The notes below the pieces were generated by a model, which saw only the letters and a program-made list of their open reading frames with translations, searched no databases and was not told the DNA's origin. This document shows, in pieces, positions 9,188-18,225 of a stretch of 64,000 bases of DNA (positions within the stretch are counted from its first letter, which is position 1; each line of letters begins with the position of its first letter). The translations under genes were made by a program, and so were the position numbers. Source of the stretch: Candidatus Yanofskybacteria bacterium (GTDB lineage Bacteria; Patescibacteriota; Minisyncoccia; 2-02-FULL-40-12; IGHO2-12-FULL-4); NCBI GenBank assembly GCA_016185525.1, contig JACPNK010000002.1:11616-75615 (forward strand), written 5' to 3'.

Positions 9188-10444
9188 ATGTTGGAAGATC
9201 TTATTTTTGGCCTAGACCTAATAATAAACTACTGGTGGGTTTATATGCCTGTTCTGCTTTTGCTTGGTTTTTATTATGCCTGGTTGGAATACATACAAAC
9301 CGAATACTTTAACTCTTTGAATTGGACACTGTTGCATATTAAACCGCCACCGGACGTTGACCGAAGTCCTAAAGCCGCCGAGCAGATTTTTGCTGGTCTC
9401 CATGGGATATTTGTCAAGCCTGTGAGTTGGAAGGAAAAACTTTTCAAAGGCAAAATACCCGATTGGTTTTCTATAGAGATAGTCGGTCAAAACGGGGTTA
9501 CTAATTTTTACATCAGAACGCTGACAGATTATAAAAACGTAGTTGAGTCCAACGTCTTTGCCCAATATCCGGATGCCGAAATTAATGAAGTTGCAGACTA
9601 TATTAAAGAATGGCCGAGGAAGCTTCCAAATGAGGAATATGATCTTTTTGGGTCGGAGTTAATTTTAAGCAAAGAAGATGCTTATCCGATACAGACATAT
9701 CCGGCTTTTGAAGAAAAAATGGCTGGCTTGGAGCAGATCAAGCGCTTGGATCCGCTGTCTTCTCTTACCGAGGTTTTCAGCACCTTTCGTCTTGGAGAAT
9801 ATTTTGTGATTCAACTGCTGATCCGGCCGGTTGGCGACGACTGGGTAAAAAAGGCCCAGGAACCGCTGGACAAATTGCTTGGCAAAGAGTCAAAAAAAGA
9901 AGAAAACTTGATAGAGTCAATGTTTAATCAGATCGACAAGGTTTTTTTGCCCGGTGTTGAGGAAAAAAAGGAAGATAAAAAAGATAAAAAACTTTCTGCT
10001 CCGGAAGAGGAAATGGCCAAAGCTATCGGCAGAAAAACTTCAAAGATAGGTTTTGAGTCTGGCATCAGGCTGGTGTATGTATCAAAAAAGGAAGTTTTTC
10101 ACCGTTACCACTTTGCGGCGGTTATGGGGGGTTTTAAGCAACTCGCTACGGCCAACTTGAACAGCTTTAAAGTCAACAAAAAAACCCTGACTTACTCAAA
10201 AGGCATTTTTGCCGGCCCGTTTCCTTCGGATAAAGGTTTTCTTGCTGAACAAAAGACATTTGAAAAGAAAGTTAATCTTTTTGGATATTTAAAAAACAGA
10301 GTGTTTACTCAAAAAGTTTTTGTTCTTAACGTTGAAGAACTGGCTACGATTTTTCACTTGCCCGGCATAGAAGTGCAGGCGCCGATGCTGCCCAGAGTGG
10401 AGGCAAAAAAGGGCCAGCCCCCGGCAGGTTTGGGTATGGAATAG
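9188..10444 (+). CDS. membrane-anchored protein (1 N-terminal TM), putative partner of the downstream VirD4-like ATPase
   Basis: The N-terminal hydrophobic helix is followed by a charged soluble domain. It is separated from the ATPase gene by only 18 nt. Confidence 0.45.
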   Translation: MLEDLIFGLDLIINYWWVYMPVLLLLGFYYAWLEYIQTEYFNSLNWTLLHIKPPPDVDRSPKAAEQIFAGLHGIFVKPVSWKEKLFKGKIPDWFSIEIVGQNGVTNFYIRTLTDYKNVVESNVFAQYPDAEINEVADYIKEWPRKLPNEEYDLFGSELILSKEDAYPIQTYPAFEEKMAGLEQIKRLDPLSSLTEVFSTFRLGEYFVIQLLIRPVGDDWVKKAQEPLDKLLGKESKKEENLIESMFNQIDKVFLPGVEEKKEDKKDKKLSAPEEEMAKAIGRKTSKIGFESGIRLVYVSKKEVFHRYHFAAVMGGFKQLATANLNSFKVNKKTLTYSKGIFAGPFPSDKGFLAEQKTFEKKVNLFGYLKNRVFTQKVFVLNVEELATIFHLPGIEVQAPMLPRVEAKKGQPPAGLGME

Positions 10445-10462
10445 TTAACGGAAATAATTTTT

Positions 10463-12070
10463 ATGGACAACGACAAAGTATTATTTGGAGAAATTAACTT
10501 CCGCAATCAGCGGTCTCGTTTTGGCATTAAGCAGGGCGATCGTGATCGTCATATGTATGTCATTGGAAAGACCGGTATGGGTAAGACGGAAATTTTGAAA
10601 AATATGGTTATTCAGGATATTCAGGCTGGCCGGGGAGTGGCTTTTATTGACCCCCACGGTGATACCGCTGATGATTTGCCTAATTTTGTGCCTAAAGAAA
10701 GGATAAAAGATGTCATCATTTTTGACCCTTCTGATCTAGACTTTCCCATCGCTTTTAACGTTATGGACCAGGTGGACGACCGTTTCCGCCACTTGGTCGC
10801 TTCCGGTTTGCTTGGTGTTTTTAAGAAAGTTTTTGGCATTGAGGTGTTTTCAGCTCGCATGGAATACATTCTCAACAATACCATCTTGGCTTTGCTGGAG
10901 TTTCCCGGAGCGACTATTTTGGGCATTAATCGCATGCTTGCCGAAAAACAATTTCGTGAAGCTGTGGTGGAAAAAATTACCGATCCCTTGGTAAAAGCTT
11001 TCTGGACGCAGGAATTTGCCAAGTACACTGATCGTTTGGCTTCGGAGGCGACGGCTTCAGTGCAAAACAAAGTTGGCCAGTTCACTTCTTCCAGTCTCAT
11101 CCGCAATATTTTAGGACAAGTTCACTCTACGCTTGATGTACGCAAGGTTATGGACGAAAAGAAAATTTTAATTATGAATCTTTCAAGAGGCAAGATTGGC
11201 GAGGATGTGAGTCGGTTGTTGGGTGCCATGATGATTACCAAAATTCAACTGGCCGCCATGTCACGGGCTGATATTCCGGAAAAAGAAAGAGCCTCATTCT
11301 ATTTATATGTTGACGAATTCCAGCATTTTGCCACCGAATCTTTTGCTAACATTTTGTCTGAAGCCAGAAAATTCGCGCTAAATTTGGTCATCGCCCACCA
11401 GTACATAGCGCAGATGGAGGAAGAGGTGCAAAAAGCGGTTTTTGGCAACGTTGGTACGATTGTTACTTTTCGCATTGGCGCTGAAGACGCGGAAATTTTG
11501 GAAAAAGAATTTGCTCCTGACTTTACGGAAAACGACCTGGTGAATTTAGCCAAATGGCAGATTTATCTGAAGTTAATGATAGATGGTGTGGCTTCCAGAG
11601 CTTTTTCCGCCAATACTCTGCCTCCTTGGCCAAGACCGGACATTAGCTATGCCGAAGAGATACTTGCTTTTTCCAGAGAAACTTATGCTCATCCGAAAGA
11701 GGAAGTTGAGAAGCAAATTGGCGAATGGTCGGCCAAGTTAATTCAGCCGGAGATTAGAAAAGAACCACCCCAAAGACCATACAGTCAGTTTCAGCAGCCA
11801 TTTCAACCGAGAGAAAAGGTTTATGGTTCCGGCGTTTATCCACGGCTTCCAACACAACAAAAACCGGCTTCTTTGCAGGAAGCCATAAGAAGCGGTCCGG
11901 TTGATTTCAGGGGCAGAAAAATTATGCCACCGGCTCCTGTTTTAGAAAAAAAACCTACCACTTCTTCAGAAAAAGCTACTGTTGATTTGCAAAGTTTGAG
12001 GCAGACCCTTGGCCAGATAGTCAATAAAAATACTGATTTAAAAGATAAAGATGAATCTCAATCAAAATGA
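10463..12070 (+). CDS. soluble VirD4/TraG/TraD-family-like ATPase (type IV secretion system DNA-binding domain-containing protein)
   Basis: Walker A VIGKTGMGKTE and Walker B LYVDEFQHF. The block ARKFALNLVIAHQYIAQM...VFGNVGTIVTFRIGAEDAEILEKEF resembles the TraG-D_C region. There are no TM helices. Confidence 0.6.
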   Translation: MDNDKVLFGEINFRNQRSRFGIKQGDRDRHMYVIGKTGMGKTEILKNMVIQDIQAGRGVAFIDPHGDTADDLPNFVPKERIKDVIIFDPSDLDFPIAFNVMDQVDDRFRHLVASGLLGVFKKVFGIEVFSARMEYILNNTILALLEFPGATILGINRMLAEKQFREAVVEKITDPLVKAFWTQEFAKYTDRLASEATASVQNKVGQFTSSSLIRNILGQVHSTLDVRKVMDEKKILIMNLSRGKIGEDVSRLLGAMMITKIQLAAMSRADIPEKERASFYLYVDEFQHFATESFANILSEARKFALNLVIAHQYIAQMEEEVQKAVFGNVGTIVTFRIGAEDAEILEKEFAPDFTENDLVNLAKWQIYLKLMIDGVASRAFSANTLPPWPRPDISYAEEILAFSRETYAHPKEEVEKQIGEWSAKLIQPEIRKEPPQRPYSQFQQPFQPREKVYGSGVYPRLPTQQKPASLQEAIRSGPVDFRGRKIMPPAPVLEKKPTTSSEKATVDLQSLRQTLGQIVNKNTDLKDKDESQSK

Positions 12071-13337
12071 CAAGTGGATTCCTTGGCCTGGAATTGGCCA
12101 AGTTAATAAAAAACCCATTGCCTCTATAGTTGATAACCACTATTTCCGACGCTTAAGCGACAAGCGTCAGCTCTCTCTTGCTTATTTAGTTTTTCCTGGC
12201 GCAACTCATGACCGTAGACAGCATTCTCTGGGCGCCTACTACAGGACGTCTCAATTTACTGCTAAAATGGTCAAGCTAGGTGTTTTGACCAGCCAAGAAG
12301 AGGTCAACTTAAATCTTTATGCTCTTTTGCATGATATTGGACATGGCCCATTGTCCCATGTTATAGAAGTTTTTACTGAACGTAACCATCATACCAACGG
12401 ACTGAAGATTTTGGACAAGATGGTTGATGACATTGAAGCCTGCGGCGGTGATCTGGAATTGATAAAAAAATATATGTCCAGACAGGATCCCAAAGGCAAA
12501 ATTGTTGATGACAAAAATTTTGGCATGGAAAAACTTGACTACCTGATCAGGGATCAGGAATCTACACAGTTTGGACCCAATATCCGCTATTGCGTAGAAA
12601 GTGTTTTCAATCACCTTGATTTTAGAGACGGCCAGTTGGCGGTTGACCTCAAAGCCCTGGATTCGGCCATGGAAATCCAAAGGGCTTATATTTATTTTTA
12701 TCGCAATGTGCATTTGGAGAAAAGCAACTATCTTATCCAGCGCTTTATGCAGAAACTCATCTATCAGCTGTTGCATACGTCTCGCAATCAAGGCGGTATA
12801 GGCGAAGACGAGCTGTGGGAGATGGTAGACGGCGACTTGATTCATGCTTTGAAAAAATGCCAGAACGAATCCGTGAGAAACGGCATAAAAATTTTTGATA
12901 GCGGTGTCAAGCATTTTCCCAAAACGGCCATATCAATACGTCTTAAGAGTTATGGTTGGCTTGAAAGACGTGCCGGCAAATCGATTGATGTTTACGAGGC
13001 TGACAAAGAATTTTTTGAAAGATTTTATGAAAAATCCAGCCCAAGAGATCTGGAAATTATTGAGTCGCAAATCGCTAAGGCGCTTGGTTTAGAAAGCTGG
13101 CAGGTGGCGGTTAGTCACATTGTTGAGCGTGATCGCTTTATCCCACAGGATATTCTGTTTTTTGACGGTCCGAAAACCTACTCTTTAAAGGAAAAAGATC
13201 CGGCCTATTTTAACTTACTTGACAGAGAAGTGGAGAAGTATCTCTGTGTTAGAATTTGTGCTGTGCCGGAACACAGGCAGAAAGTTACAACGGAGAAAGA
13301 AAGACTGCTTAATATGCTTTTGAACTATGTCAAATAA
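12051..13337 (+). CDS. HD-domain dNTP triphosphohydrolase-like protein (dGTPase/SAMHD1-like, COG1078-type)
   Basis: FRRLSDKRQLSLAYLVFPGATHDRRQHSLGAYY and LLHDIGHGPLSH, with a DYLIRD motif downstream. Confidence 0.65.
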   Translation: MNLNQNDKWIPWPGIGQVNKKPIASIVDNHYFRRLSDKRQLSLAYLVFPGATHDRRQHSLGAYYRTSQFTAKMVKLGVLTSQEEVNLNLYALLHDIGHGPLSHVIEVFTERNHHTNGLKILDKMVDDIEACGGDLELIKKYMSRQDPKGKIVDDKNFGMEKLDYLIRDQESTQFGPNIRYCVESVFNHLDFRDGQLAVDLKALDSAMEIQRAYIYFYRNVHLEKSNYLIQRFMQKLIYQLLHTSRNQGGIGEDELWEMVDGDLIHALKKCQNESVRNGIKIFDSGVKHFPKTAISIRLKSYGWLERRAGKSIDVYEADKEFFERFYEKSSPRDLEIIESQIAKALGLESWQVAVSHIVERDRFIPQDILFFDGPKTYSLKEKDPAYFNLLDREVEKYLCVRICAVPEHRQKVTTEKERLLNMLLNYVK

Positions 13338-13423
13338 ATAATACTGTGGTTAGTTGCCGGTTGTTTTGGGATTTTTTTAGTGCTAATCTGGTAGAAGGTC
13401 ATTGAAAAGTTTGGAGTGACGAG

Positions 13424-14407
13424 ATGTCAGAAGACGAATCCGGTGGCGGGGGAGATTTTCGCAACCTTTTCAGAGCCGGAGAAATTCTATCGTTTTTGGT
13501 TTTTGCCTTTCTCATTGTCGCTTTCTTTATATTTTTAAATCAATCTGAAGACCAGATACCAAACAAAGGATCGCCGGGAGATTTACCGTCTTACGCAAAA
13601 TTAGAAAAAGAAATAGACCTTTTGATTTTGGAAATTAGAAATAGCGGGACTCTGCCTCCGCTGGAAGACGATTTTGAGATGGATGAATCTGTTGACTTGG
13701 AGTCACAAGACTATAATATTGTCCTAGAACATGAAAAAACAAAGCAGTATCTTGAACTCGTTCTTGCAAATTTACAAAAAGATTTTTCAGAGGAGTGGAA
13801 AAACAGGGTTTTAAAACTTCGTCTTTACGACGACCGTTTTGTCGGCAGAACCAACAATGCTTTTGCTCTGCCGGCTGAAACTATTTATGTTGGTATTACC
13901 CAAATAATGTGGGTTAACAATGAAGCCGAACTGGCGGCCCTTTTGAGCCATGAAGCTAGCCACATTAAGCTTAGACATGTAGCCGAGTCCAGAAGAGTAG
14001 TTAAAAATCTTACCGTTTTTGCCCAAAAAGCCTTCCTTGCAAAGGATTTTGAAAAAGTCGTACTTTTGGGCCTAGCCGCGCAAAAGTTATTTGGCTATAA
14101 CGGGTTTGTGGGTATTCTGCCTCTAGAGTATGAAAGTGAGGCTGACAAAAATGGTCAGGCCATGCTTAGAAATAGCGGTTACGACGACCTTGCTTTGGTA
14201 GGTTCTCTTGAAAGAATTAAAAAGATGTACAACAACAACCTTTTTTCACAAATTATGCAAAAGAGGATTCGTGACCTAAAGGATAACAGCAAAAATAAAT
14301 CGGATTTAAACGGCAGAGGCAAGACTTTTATTGTTTCAAAAGAGGAAGATTTGAGGCTGATTCAAGCAACACTCCAACAATTTCTTAACGACCTTGCGCT
14401 TAAATAA
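13424..14407 (+). CDS. membrane-anchored HExxH zinc metallopeptidase-like protein (M48/M56-like)
   Basis: An N-terminal TM, LSHEASHIKLRH (HExxH) and an acidic EYESEAD block downstream. Confidence 0.45.
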   Translation: MSEDESGGGGDFRNLFRAGEILSFLVFAFLIVAFFIFLNQSEDQIPNKGSPGDLPSYAKLEKEIDLLILEIRNSGTLPPLEDDFEMDESVDLESQDYNIVLEHEKTKQYLELVLANLQKDFSEEWKNRVLKLRLYDDRFVGRTNNAFALPAETIYVGITQIMWVNNEAELAALLSHEASHIKLRHVAESRRVVKNLTVFAQKAFLAKDFEKVVLLGLAAQKLFGYNGFVGILPLEYESEADKNGQAMLRNSGYDDLALVGSLERIKKMYNNNLFSQIMQKRIRDLKDNSKNKSDLNGRGKTFIVSKEEDLRLIQATLQQFLNDLALK

Positions 14408-14480
14408 GCGCATTTTAATTTGCTAAAGTCGTTTTTTTGTAATAAAATAGGTTTTAATTAGGTAGACTATCAAATACTGT

Positions 14481-14718
14481 CGGTCTTCCAAATATTGCTT
14501 TTTCCGGACGCTCGTCCCGCTCCAGCGGCGGGACTCGCTCTTTGTGAGATGTGGATTCTGTCCAGCTTAAGAAAGCTGTCCAGACCACGCCATTGAACTT
14601 ACAGCTTATCCGTCCCTATCGGTCCGAATGGGCTGTAAGATTCAATGGCTAGCAACCTGCCTGTCGGCAGACAGGTCCACAACTCACAGAGCCTACAAAA
14701 GCAATATTTGGAAGACCG
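14481..14718. mobile_element. MITE-like element with perfect 22-bp terminal inverted repeats (cggtcttccaaatattgcttttt / aaaagcaatatttggaagaccg)
   Basis: The TIRs can be read directly from the sequence. The 195-nt interior is hairpin-rich and GC-rich and has no ORF. A 25-nt fragment of the same end recurs at 25455-25479. Confidence 0.45.
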
Positions 14719-14780
14719 TAAACTAACAATCCGCCCGTAGCCCTGCCTGCCGGCAGGCAGGTCAGTTGGCGAAGATTAGT

Positions 14781-15017
14781 ATGTTTTTTGTGTACGTTCT
14801 TAAAAGTGAAAAAGATGGCAATCTTTACATTGGTATGACCAACGACTTGAAACGTAGATTGAATGAGCATAATTGTGGCAGAAACTTGTCTACAAAATAC
14901 AGAAGACCATTTAGGTTAATATACAGTGAAAAATTAAACGACAGGGTCAAGGCTAGATATAGAGAAAAGTTTTTAAAGTCTGGCACTGGAAGAGAGTGGA
15001 TTAAAAATAACTTATAA
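14781..15017 (+). CDS. GIY-YIG nuclease domain protein (YhbQ-like, 78 aa)
   Basis: FVYVLKSEKDGNLYIGMTNDLKRRLNEHN is a GIY-YIG motif. The ATG at 14781 is preferred over the TTG at 14766 in the track. Confidence 0.7.
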   Translation: MFFVYVLKSEKDGNLYIGMTNDLKRRLNEHNCGRNLSTKYRRPFRLIYSEKLNDRVKARYREKFLKSGTGREWIKNNL

Positions 15018-15030
15018 CAATTATAACCAT

Positions 15031-15105
15031 CCGCCCGTAGCTCAGCTGGTAGAGCAACTCCCTTTTAAGGAGATGGTCGTTGGTTCGACTCCAACCGGGC
15101 GGACA
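15031..15105 (+). tRNA. tRNA-Lys (anticodon TTT), CCA not encoded
   Basis: Cloverleaf folded by hand. Acceptor ccgcccg/cgggcgg, D-stem gctc/gagc, anticodon loop cTTTTaa, T-arm gttgg-ttcgact-ccaac, discriminator A. Confidence 0.8.
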
Positions 15106-15168
15106 ATATTTAAAAGTGTTGATAAGCCGTTTGGACTTTTGGCCGGAAAGAAATAAAATGAGGTTACT

Positions 15169-15759
15169 ATGAAAAAAACTGTTTCAATATTAGTTTTGTC
15201 AGTTTTTGTTCTTTTGGCTTTACCGGTTTTGGCTGATGACGTCAGTCCGACTCCGACCCCAAGTCCTTCAAAGTCTCCACTGATGGATCGTGGAATGAAA
15301 AAAAATGAGAGAGTTCAAAAGGTAAAAGAAAAGGCTATGGAAGTAAAAGACAGAGTCAAAGAAGTAAAAGAGAAGGTAAAAGAAACTAAGGATGTCAGAA
15401 AAGAAGCCGCTTTAGAAAAAGCCAAAGAACTTAAAAGGAGGGCAACAGAAAGGGCTCTTGCTTTGAAAAGAGCGGAGTTGGCTTATAAAGAAGCGTTAAA
15501 AATGGCAAGGGACACCTATTACGCCGCTTCAAAAAAGGCAAAAGAGGATTTTGACCTGGCCAAGCAAAGAGCCAAAGAGATGAATTCTAAAGAAGCGGCC
15601 AAAGCCGCCAGAGACTCTTATCAAAGCTCTAAAAAAGCGGCGCAACAAACTTTTGAAATGGCTAAAAAAGCCGCCAGAGTCGCTTTTGAAGCCGCTAAGC
15701 AGGGCATAAAAGCTTACTATTCAACTTCTCCGGCCACAACCCCAATGCCTACTCCGTAG
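15169..15759 (+). CDS. secreted Lys/Ala/Glu-rich repetitive helical protein with Pro/Thr-rich termini
   Basis: Signal peptide, a PTPTPSPSKSP linker, degenerate KE(A/V)K heptad-like repeats and a C-terminal TSPATTPMPTP. Confidence 0.5.
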   Translation: MKKTVSILVLSVFVLLALPVLADDVSPTPTPSPSKSPLMDRGMKKNERVQKVKEKAMEVKDRVKEVKEKVKETKDVRKEAALEKAKELKRRATERALALKRAELAYKEALKMARDTYYAASKKAKEDFDLAKQRAKEMNSKEAAKAARDSYQSSKKAAQQTFEMAKKAARVAFEAAKQGIKAYYSTSPATTPMPTP

Positions 15760-15784
15760 TTTTGGCCTAATCGCATTCTAACAA

Positions 15785-15816
15785 AACACCTCCTAAGCAA
15801 AGAGGTGTTTTGTTTA
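15785..15816 (+). terminator. intrinsic terminator
   Basis: aacacctc-ctaagcaaa-gaggtgtt hairpin plus a T-run. Confidence 0.6.
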
Positions 15817-15881
15817 CTCTTCCCAATTGTTTTTTGTTTCTGTAAGATTATAGGACATATTTGCGTGGATCTATATAAACA

Positions 15882-16856
15882 ATGACCAAGAAGCTTAAAA
15901 TAGGTGTTTTCATGGGTGGGCCTTCGGTTGAACACGAAGTGTCTTTGGCTACAGGAGCTCAAATTATGGCTAACTTAGATCCGAGCAGGTACTCTGTCGT
16001 GGCGGTAAAAATTTCTAAATCCGGGCGCTGGATGGCCAATGGCAAATATGAAAATCATTTGAAAATTTTTAAGATGATTGATCTCGCTTTTTTGGCTTTG
16101 CATGGCGAAGTCGGAGAAGATGGCCGGATGCAAGGCCTTTTGGATTTTCATGGAGTGCTCTACACCGGTTCCGGCCGCGGGCCGTCTGCCTTAGCAATGG
16201 ACAAATTGCATAGCCGGGAAATTTTTAAGCTGGCGGGGATTAGCACGCCCAAGACCCTTCATCTTAAAAAAGGCGAAAATAACTCCGCGCTTATTAAATT
16301 CTTTACTTCCAAGGTGGTGAAGATGCCGGTAGTGATTAAGCCAAGGTTTTTGGGCTCATCTGTCGGGGTCCACTTGGTGGACAGCGAAAAAAAATTGTTT
16401 ACAGCTTTGGAGTCAGTCTTCAAATTAGACAAGGACGCTCTGATAGAAGAACATATCAAAGGTACCGAAGTTGCCTGTGGAGTATTGGAAAACTTTTCCA
16501 AACAAAAACATTTTGTTTTGCCTTTAACCCAGATACAGCCGGTCAGGGCTAAATTTTTTGATTACAAAGCCAAGTACCAAAAGGGAGCGTCCAAGGAAAT
16601 TACCCCCGCTCCGGTTGACGCGGGTCGTTACAAGAAGGCCCAATCAGTCGCTCTTTTAGCCCATCAGCTTTTGGGTTGCCGTAGTTATTCGCGAAGCGAT
16701 ATGATTTTACGAAACGGCGCTGTCTACCTGCTTGAAGTTAATACGCTTCCCGGATTGACGCCGACTTCATTGTTTCCCCAACAGGCTGTTGCCGCCGGTT
16801 TGAGTTTCCCTCAACTTATTGATAGAATTATTGAAAATGCGAACTCAAATTTCTGA
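15882..16856 (+). CDS. ddl: D-alanine--D-alanine ligase
   Basis: LHGEVGEDGRMQGLLD and ATP-grasp motifs, in a cell-wall gene context. Confidence 0.85.
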   Translation: MTKKLKIGVFMGGPSVEHEVSLATGAQIMANLDPSRYSVVAVKISKSGRWMANGKYENHLKIFKMIDLAFLALHGEVGEDGRMQGLLDFHGVLYTGSGRGPSALAMDKLHSREIFKLAGISTPKTLHLKKGENNSALIKFFTSKVVKMPVVIKPRFLGSSVGVHLVDSEKKLFTALESVFKLDKDALIEEHIKGTEVACGVLENFSKQKHFVLPLTQIQPVRAKFFDYKAKYQKGASKEITPAPVDAGRYKKAQSVALLAHQLLGCRSYSRSDMILRNGAVYLLEVNTLPGLTPTSLFPQQAVAAGLSFPQLIDRIIENANSNF

Positions 16857-18225
16857 AACAAAAAATAAGGCCGGTGAGACAGTCCAGCTTTTCGGCTGGG
16901 TGCATACTCGCCGAGACCACGGTAAAATTATTTTTATTGATTTAAGAGACCGGTCCGGTTTGGTTCAGGTTGTCTTTACTCCCGTTAACAAAGAGCTTTA
17001 CCAAAAAGCTGAAGCTTTGAGATCTGAATGGGTGGTAAAAATTGTCGGAAAAGTTGCCCAGCGCCCAGAGGCGATGACAAACAAAGAATTTGAAACGGGT
17101 GAGGTTGAAATTCAACCGGTGGAGCTGGAGATTTTAAATGAGTCAGAGACAGCGCCTTTTCCCATAGATGACAGCGGCTATGGTATAGACGAAGAAATTC
17201 GGCTTAAGTATCGTTACATTGATTTACGCAGGCCAAGGCTTCAAAAGAATATTAAAGTTCGCTCCGAATTTGTTAGTAAGGCCCGTCAATTTCTATTTTC
17301 CAAAGGTTTTGTTGAGATAGAAACTCCCATTCTTAGCGCGCCCACACCGGAAGGATCAAGAGATTTTGTTGTGCCTTCCCGCCTGAATCCGGGCAAGTTT
17401 TTTGCCCTGCCTCAAAGTCCACAGCAATACAAACAACTTTTGATGACTGCCGGTTTTGAAAAATATTTTCAAATCGCCCGCTGTTTTCGCGATGAAGACT
17501 TGAGAGCTGACAGGGGATTTGAGCATACTCAGATAGATTTAGAAATGAGTTTTGTGAACCAGGCAGATGTCATGGCTCTTGATGAAGAGATGGTAACCGT
17601 CATCGTTGAGTCAATGGGCTACAAAATTAAAGAGAAACCATTTCCAGTTTTTACGCATGAAAAAGCAATGAAAAAGTTTGGCGCTGATAAATTTGATTTG
17701 AGAACTGAAGAAGAAAAAAAGAGCGGAGTTTTGGCTTATGCTTGGGTTACAGATTTTCCTTTTTTTGAGAAAGACAAAGGCGGGGGATGGACTTTTACCC
17801 ACAACCCTTTTTCAATGGCAAAGCCGGAACATTTGAATTGGCTTTTGAAAGGAGAAAACATTGATAAAATTTTAACTACTCAATATGACTTGGTTTGCAA
17901 TGGTGTGGAAGTAGGCGGCGGCAGTATCCGTGCTCATAAAACAGAAATGCTTCATGCCGTTTTTAAAATTATGGGCTATGGCGAGTCGGAAATAGAGCAA
18001 AATTTTGGACACATGTTGACCGCCTTTAAATTTGGGACCCCGCCTCATGGCGGTATTGCTCATGGCGTAGAACGCAACCTCATGACCATGTTAGGCGAAG
18101 AATACTTGAGAGAAGTTCAGGCCTTCCCACAAACCAGTTCAGGCAAAACTTCGGTAATGAACGCGCCTTCAGACTTAAGCAAGGCGCAATTAAAAGAACT
18201 ATGTTTATCCGTTAAAAATGAGTAG
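16837..18225 (+). CDS. aspS: aspartate--tRNA ligase, short archaeal/eukaryal-type (class IIb)
   Basis: FRDEDLRADR motif 2 and an OB-fold N-terminus. The ATG at 16837 is preferred over the TTG at 16819. It overlaps ddl by 20 nt. Confidence 0.8.
   Translation: MRTQISETKNKAGETVQLFGWVHTRRDHGKIIFIDLRDRSGLVQVVFTPVNKELYQKAEALRSEWVVKIVGKVAQRPEAMTNKEFETGEVEIQPVELEILNESETAPFPIDDSGYGIDEEIRLKYRYIDLRRPRLQKNIKVRSEFVSKARQFLFSKGFVEIETPILSAPTPEGSRDFVVPSRLNPGKFFALPQSPQQYKQLLMTAGFEKYFQIARCFRDEDLRADRGFEHTQIDLEMSFVNQADVMALDEEMVTVIVESMGYKIKEKPFPVFTHEKAMKKFGADKFDLRTEEEKKSGVLAYAWVTDFPFFEKDKGGGWTFTHNPFSMAKPEHLNWLLKGENIDKILTTQYDLVCNGVEVGGGSIRAHKTEMLHAVFKIMGYGESEIEQNFGHMLTAFKFGTPPHGGIAHGVERNLMTMLGEEYLREVQAFPQTSSGKTSVMNAPSDLSKAQLKELCLSVKNE

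Noticed and set aside
10621-11106. 161-aa reverse-strand ORF, together with other antisense ORFs of 60-220 aa inside lon, the ABC genes, PBP2 and similar
   Set aside because: All lie wholly inside well-supported sense genes with recognisable motifs. There is no RBS or conservation signal, so they are treated as shadow ORFs.
14481-15105. Group I intron with GIY-YIG homing endonuclease interrupting the tRNA
   Set aside because: The tRNA-Lys at 15031-15105 folds as a complete, uninterrupted cloverleaf. The GIY-YIG gene is upstream of it, not in the anticodon loop. The 13-nt duplication is better explained by insertion next to the tRNA.
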